A stretch of DNA of 54,934 bases from Candidatus Uhrbacteria bacterium (GTDB taxonomy: Bacteria; Patescibacteriota; Patescibacteriia; UBA9934): assembly GCA_018673485.1 (NCBI GenBank), contig JABHCP010000016.1:1-54934 (forward strand), in the 5' to 3' direction. The notes under the pieces are model-generated. The model ran no database searches, was not told where the DNA came from, and saw only the letters and a program-made list of their open reading frames with translations. Of this stretch, positions 49,397 through 54,934 are shown piece by piece. Position 1 is the first letter of the stretch. The number at the start of each line of letters is the position of its first letter. Both the position numbers and the translations under genes were made by a program.

Positions 49397-49570
49397 AAAA
49401 AAAGAAGGCGCCCCCAGCTGTGCCTTCCCGTACAGCTGAGGACTAGTTCGTGTGTTGGGCGCCATCAAGGCAAGGCCAGGAAATGCAGAGCACTTCAATT
49501 TGCCCCAGGCCGCAAAGGATCGTACCGACACACTATCGCACTCCTGCAACTTCACCCGCGGAAGTACGAT
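49397..49570 (-). ncRNA. Candidate ~170-nt sRNA or leader with intrinsic terminator upstream of polA
   Basis: TTGACT-N18-TACGAT at 49577-49606; stems ATCGTACT/GGTACGAT and CCTCAGCTGT/ACAGCTGGGG; then TTCTTTTTTT. Confidence 0.45.
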
Positions 49571-49605
49571 ATTTACATCGTACGTTGAAATACATAATTA
49601 AGTCA

Positions 49606-50066
49606 AAAAGTGATCCGCCCGGCATCCATGAGGACGCCGGGCGGGTGGAGAGACGCGAGAGGAACGAGGTCCGCTCACATCAAGGAGGGTGAGATCAGGT
49701 GGTCGCCAAGACGATGGCGCGCGTGGGGGGGGACAAGCGGGCGCAGGACCCGACAACCACCTGATCTCGAAATGTAGGACCGGACCAACAAGCTCAAGAG
49801 CTCATCGGCGACAGCGAGCATCCGGCGAACCGGGGGAGTCTCGCTGCAGAAGGGCTGCGCGACAAGAGGATCGCGCGCCGTGCATCGTTCAGCCGTAGCT
49901 CCGTAGAGCAAGCGGCCCGGTCCAGGGTCGTAAGGAGTCTGCAGCGAAGGGGAGGCTCGAGGTTCCCCTTACCCTCATCCGGGCGCGACTCGCACGCTGT
50001 CGATATTCCTTAACCCTTCGTGACAGCACACGTGAAACGCGCGGGATCACGAATTTCTAAATCTGC
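49606..50066 (-). ncRNA. Candidate ~450-nt GC-rich structured non-coding RNA, class unknown
   Basis: Promoter-like TTGACG-N17-CACTAT at 50073-50101, many nested stems with minus-strand G-U pairs, UACG and UUCG tetraloops, terminal terminator; no credible ORF. Confidence 0.6.
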
Positions 50067-50155
50067 TCCAAGATAGTGCCATAAACTACAAAACACGTCA
50101 ACAATAAAGGACTCGCGTTTTACAGCGAGCCCTACGACGAGCGATGCACGGGTCG

Positions 50156-50533
50156 TTAGATCAGCCCCGACAAGATCAGGCCCAAGTCCACTGCAACGTG
50201 GCAGAACTGATCCATCTTGATGGTCTTGATGATGTTATAGCGGGCCTTGAGCGCATCGATCACCATGTGCGAGACGATCCTGATCACAAGTGCCAGTGCC
50301 GTCATGCTAAAGCTCAGTGCCAGACTCACACCAGGCACGATACTGAGCTCGAAGCTTGGCATCAGCCAGAGCAGCATGATCGGCGCATTGGCAGTGACGG
50401 CGTGGTAAAAGAGCACTTCACGTGATTTACCCTTTTCCATCGCCATCCATGCGCTTTGCAGACCAAAGTCCCCCCACACGAACAGAAGGTACATGACAGT
50501 CAGCTTAACGAGAACGAGCAGAGCGAAGTCCAT
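50156..50533 (-). CDS. DUF3307-like membrane protein
   Basis: GDFGLQSAWMAMEK..H..SHMVIDALK..DQFCH pattern; AGGAGG SD; high GC. Confidence 0.7.
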   Translation of the reverse strand: MDFALLVLVKLTVMYLLFVWGDFGLQSAWMAMEKGKSREVLFYHAVTANAPIMLLWLMPSFELSIVPGVSLALSFSMTALALVIRIVSHMVIDALKARYNIIKTIKMDQFCHVAVDLGLILSGLI

Positions 50534-50663
50534 GAATACCTCCTGGTACGCACATCATTGTGCACTCAAACCATCTCATGGATCATATACACCGCCCAGA
50601 GTATCTGTCGTCATTTTCGACACTTTTTGACGTGTCAGCAATATTGCATTATCCTTATACTAT

Positions 50664-51434
50664 ATGCATATGGGATACAACGATCACTTACTTGCCGGAC
50701 TCGAGACTTATGGACTGTCTAAAAAAGAGGCAGAGATTTATCTTTCAATCCTGCACCTTGGGCCAGCAACTGTTTTGCAAATATCACGCAAAACGCAGTA
50801 TCCAAGAACCACACTTTACCCAATATTAGACATATTGGTCGCCAAAGGCGTCCTAAGATCAGGAAAAGATAAAAAGAAAACAGTATTCGCTGTTGAACCG
50901 CCAAAGGTGCTTCGCCGCAAATTAAAGGAAAAGGAAGTCGCATTTGATGATATCTCCTCAGAACTAGGTGCTTTGTATGACCACGTGGCCGCGAGCCCAG
51001 ACATTATCCTATACGAAGGAACGGATGGCTTTAAACGCCTATGGCAAAGAATCTATAACTCTGAGGTGAAAGAATACAGAATACTAACGAGTGCCACCGG
51101 CATGCTCGAATACGTGAAAGTGCCATATATTATTAAAAGTGTTATCGCAAGGCGCATCGAGCTAGGCATCAAAAGCCTGCAGATTGTTCCAGACAATCCT
51201 GAAACTCGCCGAATTACACAGCACGATAAAAAGCAGCTGCGCGAATCTCGTTTTTTACCCAATAACACCAACATTCCAGCAACAATCATCCAATTCGGTG
51301 ACGAAATAGCGTTCATGACAACTCGGCGGGAGAACGCAATGATAATCATGGCCAGTGGTGACGTTGCGCTAACTTTTAAAACAATGTTTGACCTTGTTTG
51401 GAAATGCGCCAAAAATCCTTATTCTGAGATATAA
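50664..51434 (+). CDS. TrmB family transcriptional regulator
   Basis: GLSKKEAEIYLSILHLG..ISRKTQYPRTTLYPIL..LVAKG winged HTH; FKTMFDLVW C-terminus. Confidence 0.88.
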   Translation: MHMGYNDHLLAGLETYGLSKKEAEIYLSILHLGPATVLQISRKTQYPRTTLYPILDILVAKGVLRSGKDKKKTVFAVEPPKVLRRKLKEKEVAFDDISSELGALYDHVAASPDIILYEGTDGFKRLWQRIYNSEVKEYRILTSATGMLEYVKVPYIIKSVIARRIELGIKSLQIVPDNPETRRITQHDKKQLRESRFLPNNTNIPATIIQFGDEIAFMTTRRENAMIIMASGDVALTFKTMFDLVWKCAKNPYSEI

Positions 51435-51443
51435 TGTACACAT

Positions 51444-51665
51444 ATGCAATACACACAAAAATCACTCGAGCAGTACTTTGCAGAGCATGGCGTAACCGAC
51501 GCTGATGCAAAGGCAAAACTTTTACCACTCATCACAGACCTTATCTATGATCGCAATATGCATGTTGTAGAGCTGGAAAAAGAAGAGGACGAGTATAAGA
51601 TCAAACAGATCCAAGAAGGGATTACGGACCTGGAAGATGAAATCAAACGTCAATTCGAAAATTAG
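51444..51665 (+). CDS. Small hypothetical protein
   Basis: 73-aa ORF tightly packed between trmB-like gene and gpmI. Confidence 0.7.
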   Translation: MQYTQKSLEQYFAEHGVTDADAKAKLLPLITDLIYDRNMHVVELEKEEDEYKIKQIQEGITDLEDEIKRQFEN

Positions 51666-51668
51666 ATT

Positions 51669-53237
51669 ATGAAACCTACTGCACTAATTATTCTCGACGG
51701 CTTTGGCATTGCACCACCATCAGACGCCAACGCAATTTGGACAGCAAACACACCGTTCATCGACTCACTTATAAATACATATCCTGCTCACCTCCTCCAC
51801 GCCTCTGGAGTCGAGGTTGGACTTCCAAAAGGAGAAGTGGGGAACTCAGAAGTTGGTCACCTTACTATTGGTTCTGGAATTCTCCGCTATCAAAGCTTGC
51901 CCCGAATTGATAAGTCAATTGAGTCAGGTGATTTTTTTGAAAATGAAAAACTCGCAGATGTAAAAGCACACCTTAAATCAACAAAAGGGAAACTCCACGT
52001 TCTTGGACTTATCGGAAACGGTGGAGTGCACTCGCACGGACGCCATCTTGAAGCACTTTTACAGTGGTCGCGAAAAAATAAACTTCATAAAAAAACTTTC
52101 ATCCACGCTTTTTTGGACGGACGTGATACAAAAAAAGATCTTGGAGCGCAATTCATGCAAGAACTACTCACAACCTGCAAAAAACAAAAGATTGCCGGTA
52201 TCGCATCAGTTTGCGGACGCAAACTTGCGATGGATAGAAATAATAATTGGGATAGAATCCAGAAAGCCTACAATTCAATCGCGTTGGGATCATCAGAGCA
52301 CACTCATCAGGATCCGCTTGAGGCAATTCAAGATTTCTACGCGCAAGAAATGTTTGATGAGGAACTTGAGCCTGTAGTTATTACAGATAAAAAAGGAAAT
52401 TCAGTCGCCACTTTTGAAAATGGCGACGCTGTAATCTTCTTTAACTTCCGTGCTGATCGAGCTCGCGAACTTACTCAGGCAATCGTTGATCCAACGTTCG
52501 ATAAGTTTGAACGTACACTGACTCCGAACCTTCACGTTCTAACTTTCACAGAATATTCAAAGGAACTCCCAGTAAATATCATCTTCAAACCGGAGTTAGT
52601 CACAAACCCAATTGCTAAAGTTGTATCTGACGCCGGACTTAAACAACTTCACATCGCAGAGACCGAGAAGTACGCCCACGTCACATTCTTCATGAACGGA
52701 ATGATTGAGAAACCGTTCCCAGGTGAAGATCGTGAACTCATCCCGTCTCCATCGGTAGCAAGCTATGATGAAAAACCTGAGATGTCAGCAGCGGAAGTTA
52801 CATCGAAGATCATCGAATCGCTTGATAGTAAAAAACACGACTTCTACATTATCAACTTTGCAAATCCTGACATGGTAGGGCACACCGGAAACCTTGAGGC
52901 ATCTCGAAAAGCGGTCGAGGCAGCTGACTCGTCACTCAAACAAGTCATCGATAAGATTGTCGAGCTTGGAGGAAATGCATTTGTAGTAGGGGACCACGGA
53001 AATGCAGAAGAGCTCCTCCACCCAGTAACAGGTCGCGTCGATAAAGAGCACAACAACTACCCAGTTCCACTCTTTATCATCGGGGAACAATACAAAGAAC
53101 TCCGCAATCCTGACGTAACGCCCGAGAACCTCCACCTCCAACCACCAATAGGAATCCTGGCAGACGTCGCGCCAACGGTCCTGCAATCTGCAGGCCTACC
53201 AATACCTGAAGAAATGACCGGCGCACCGTTGATTTGA
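51669..53237 (+). CDS. gpmI: 2,3-bisphosphoglycerate-independent phosphoglycerate mutase
   Basis: LIILDGFG, GNSEVGH, LDGRD, FNFRADRAR, AETEKYAHVTFF, NPDMVGHTG, DHGNAE. Confidence 0.98.
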   Translation: MKPTALIILDGFGIAPPSDANAIWTANTPFIDSLINTYPAHLLHASGVEVGLPKGEVGNSEVGHLTIGSGILRYQSLPRIDKSIESGDFFENEKLADVKAHLKSTKGKLHVLGLIGNGGVHSHGRHLEALLQWSRKNKLHKKTFIHAFLDGRDTKKDLGAQFMQELLTTCKKQKIAGIASVCGRKLAMDRNNNWDRIQKAYNSIALGSSEHTHQDPLEAIQDFYAQEMFDEELEPVVITDKKGNSVATFENGDAVIFFNFRADRARELTQAIVDPTFDKFERTLTPNLHVLTFTEYSKELPVNIIFKPELVTNPIAKVVSDAGLKQLHIAETEKYAHVTFFMNGMIEKPFPGEDRELIPSPSVASYDEKPEMSAAEVTSKIIESLDSKKHDFYIINFANPDMVGHTGNLEASRKAVEAADSSLKQVIDKIVELGGNAFVVGDHGNAEELLHPVTGRVDKEHNNYPVPLFIIGEQYKELRNPDVTPENLHLQPPIGILADVAPTVLQSAGLPIPEEMTGAPLI

Positions 53238-53268
53238 CAATGCGCAGATCAAAAAAATTAAAAACCAC

Positions 53269-53352
53269 CCATTCCGAGCTCTGCGAGGAATCCCGCTGTT
53301 TACGTCAACGTTCTATCAATACGCACGGGATCCTTCGCTCCGCTCTGGATGG
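53269..53352. repeat. Inverted REP-like doublet (same family as 14715 and 43290)
   Basis: CCATTCCGAGCTCTGCGAGGAATCCCG and inverted CGGGATCCTTCGCTCCGCTCTGGATGG. Confidence 0.65.
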
Positions 53353-53440
53353 ATTCTTATAGCTAATTTCAATACCACTTAAATTTTTATAAACGAAAAG
53401 CCGCCTTATGTCAGGCGGCAGACTAGCCAGATGGCCAGTA

Positions 53441-53848
53441 TCAAACGGCGAGCGCCTCTGCGAGCTCAGAGCTGAGCGAGTGCCAGAAGCTCCCGACCTC
53501 GAGGTCAACGACCCTTCCGATCAGGAGGGTCCTGCACGAGCGCGAGCGATGCGGCCGCAAGATGTGCAGGGAGACGTCACCGAGAATGAACACGTCTGCC
53601 GTGCACTCCCCGACTTTTCTCACTGCCGTGCCACGCACTGCGCTCCCTGGCATGGTCACGCGGAAGTTGAGCCGGGGAAGCCCATGGTGCGCCGACCGAA
53701 CCTCATCGACCGTGCAGCCGAGGCTATGAAGCTCTTCCGCGATATCCTGCCACACGAGATCACCGTGCGCAGTTACATCGAAGAAACAGTGGGTAACAAC
53801 CCACAACCCTTCGTCTTTCTCGACAGTTGTCGTAGGATCTCCGCTCAT
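53441..53848 (-). CDS. Hypothetical protein (GC-rich stand-alone gene)
   Basis: AAGGAG SD; TTGACA-N17-TATATT promoter at 53895-53923; terminator GCCGCC..GGCGGCTTTT near 53396-53419; overlapping + strand ORF lacks such signals. Confidence 0.65.
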   Translation of the reverse strand: MSGDPTTTVEKDEGLWVVTHCFFDVTAHGDLVWQDIAEELHSLGCTVDEVRSAHHGLPRLNFRVTMPGSAVRGTAVRKVGECTADVFILGDVSLHILRPHRSRSCRTLLIGRVVDLEVGSFWHSLSSELAEALAV

Positions 53849-53975
53849 CGCATGCTCCTTGGTGCATGAAGTTATTGAAACGAGTCAACGAAGTAATATA
53901 GCAAAAAAACAGGCCTTTGTCAATACTTTCGCCTGTTTTTTTGACTAATGTTTGCCTATTTATTTGAAATACTCC

Positions 53976-54175
53976 CTACACCTTTGCATCAATTATAATA
54001 GCCACTGGGTAATGATCAGATCCGTATACGTCCGTCATAATCATCGCGTCTTTGATTTTTGACTCAAGGCGCTTGTCGGCCCAGAAGTAGTCAATGCGCC
54101 AACCAACATTGCGCTCTCGTGCACGCGTAATTACGTCCCACCACGAATACATGTCTCGTTTTTTGTGAATAAAAA
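53976..54175 (-). pseudogene. xth: C-terminal fragment of exodeoxyribonuclease III
   Basis: YSWW..ARERNVGWRIDYF...GSDHYPV motifs only; upstream part replaced by a terminator. Confidence 0.8.
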
Positions 54176-54206
54176 AAGCCGCCCACCGAGGTGAGCCGAT
54201 AGGCAG
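54170..54206 (-). terminator. GC-rich terminator downstream of the M23 gene
   Basis: GCTGCCTATCG...CGGTGGGCGGC with G-U pairs then T-tract on the minus strand. Confidence 0.65.
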
Positions 54207-54370
54207 CTCAGCTTCTCGTGGACGACACGTACGATTACCCAGCAACGCTCTGCAGGAATAATTGCGCGATGCCCAGCAGAATAAGAGTTAGTGACAAGAA
54301 CATTATGACTGCGGTCTGACATCCGATGATTACGCTTGTTCCGCTATACCACACGATCATCTGTACTTTT

Positions 54371-54910
54371 CTACCCATCATGACTTTGCTCCTGCCAGTG
54401 TCTTACATTAAAGCGAGGTTTCAGGCTCATAAAGCCGAATGCTCCGCGGCCGTCATCACTCATGAACGCCATGAAGTGAAGATGGTCACAAGAGGTCCAG
54501 CCCGTCTTACCAGTTCGGGCAATAGGCTGGCCTGCGCTCACATGATCACCAACGTGAATATCGAACTCACGTTCTGATCCCCGCGCCAGATGACAGTACT
54601 GAGTCCAGTAATGGTACTCGGGTGGTCCGGAGTGATGATGCGTACGCCACGTATGGTGCGCGATCGTAATGAAGTTGAGATGATCAGCAAACTCGGGACT
54701 AGGCCCCCAGATATCAGAGCTAGTCACAATCTCCTCCACGCGGCCCATATCAGCCGCGCACACTACGGTTCCGTCTGGCACTAAGAAGTCGACAGCGTAA
54801 CGATAGGGACCAATGTGGCTCGCTGGACTCTTGCAACACAGGAATGGACCCACTTGAAACAGAAGTTCTCGGCGAAGACCCTTAGCAAGCTCATGTGCTC
54901 GCTCTTGCAA
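54371..54910 (-). CDS. M23 family metallopeptidase
   Basis: AVDFLVPDGTVVCAADMGRV, YCHL, GQPIARTGKTGWTSCDHLHF; start uncertain, near window edge. Confidence 0.85.
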   Translation of the reverse strand: MQERAHELAKGLRRELLFQVGPFLCCKSPASHIGPYRYAVDFLVPDGTVVCAADMGRVEEIVTSSDIWGPSPEFADHLNFITIAHHTWRTHHHSGPPEYHYWTQYCHLARGSEREFDIHVGDHVSAGQPIARTGKTGWTSCDHLHFMAFMSDDGRGAFGFMSLKPRFNVRHWQEQSHDG

Positions 54911-54934
54911 ATTCAGGTCATTATGAAAAGGGAC

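Noticed and set aside
49370-49555. N-terminal extension of polA
   Set aside because: Homology begins at MAKKKVFLVLDG and a terminator lies within the extension
50024-50039. Third parS site
   Set aside because: Only 10/16 match (one half-site)
49606-50066. tmRNA, RNase P or SRP identity for the large structured region
   Set aside because: Hallmark motifs not found by eye on either strand; left unassigned pending an Rfam search
53408-53869. 153-aa + strand ORF
   Set aside because: Promoter, SD and terminator all support the minus-strand ORF; not fully excluded without a homology search

Overview
A 55 kb chromosomal segment, most likely from a Patescibacteria (CPR) bacterium. That assignment is inferred from the compact rpoB, the CPR-type surface-protein cluster, the Wzy-like+TPR and TrmB proteins, and the SD-less AT-rich starts; TGA is used as a stop. 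The backbone is mostly minus-strand housekeeping genes: uvrB, ruvC, yebC, rpoC, rpoB, a helD-like helicase, recA, ftsK, efp, rpsF-ssb-rpsR, ychF, tRNA-Arg(CCT), rmuC, rpsT, holA, rnhB, polA and gpmI. There is also a four-gene surface-protein cluster, two parS-like sites and DnaA boxes. Interleaved with the backbone are about 11 stand-alone, GC-richer single-gene units. Most have their own sigma70-like promoter, a Shine-Dalgarno (which backbone genes lack) and a GC-rich terminator. Their cargo includes a secreted pseudo-caspase, an SLT-like lytic transglycosylase, an M23 peptidase, a PP2C phosphatase, an NYN nuclease, a PQ-loop protein and orphans. One unit is flanked by a 15-bp direct repeat and another abuts a truncated xth. 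Other notable elements are an unassigned ~450-nt structured RNA candidate with its own promoter and terminator, further structured RNA candidates, and a family of 36-38 bp palindromes (TTCA-N9-CGATCG-N9-TGAA). All calls were made by eye; no searches or folding were run.
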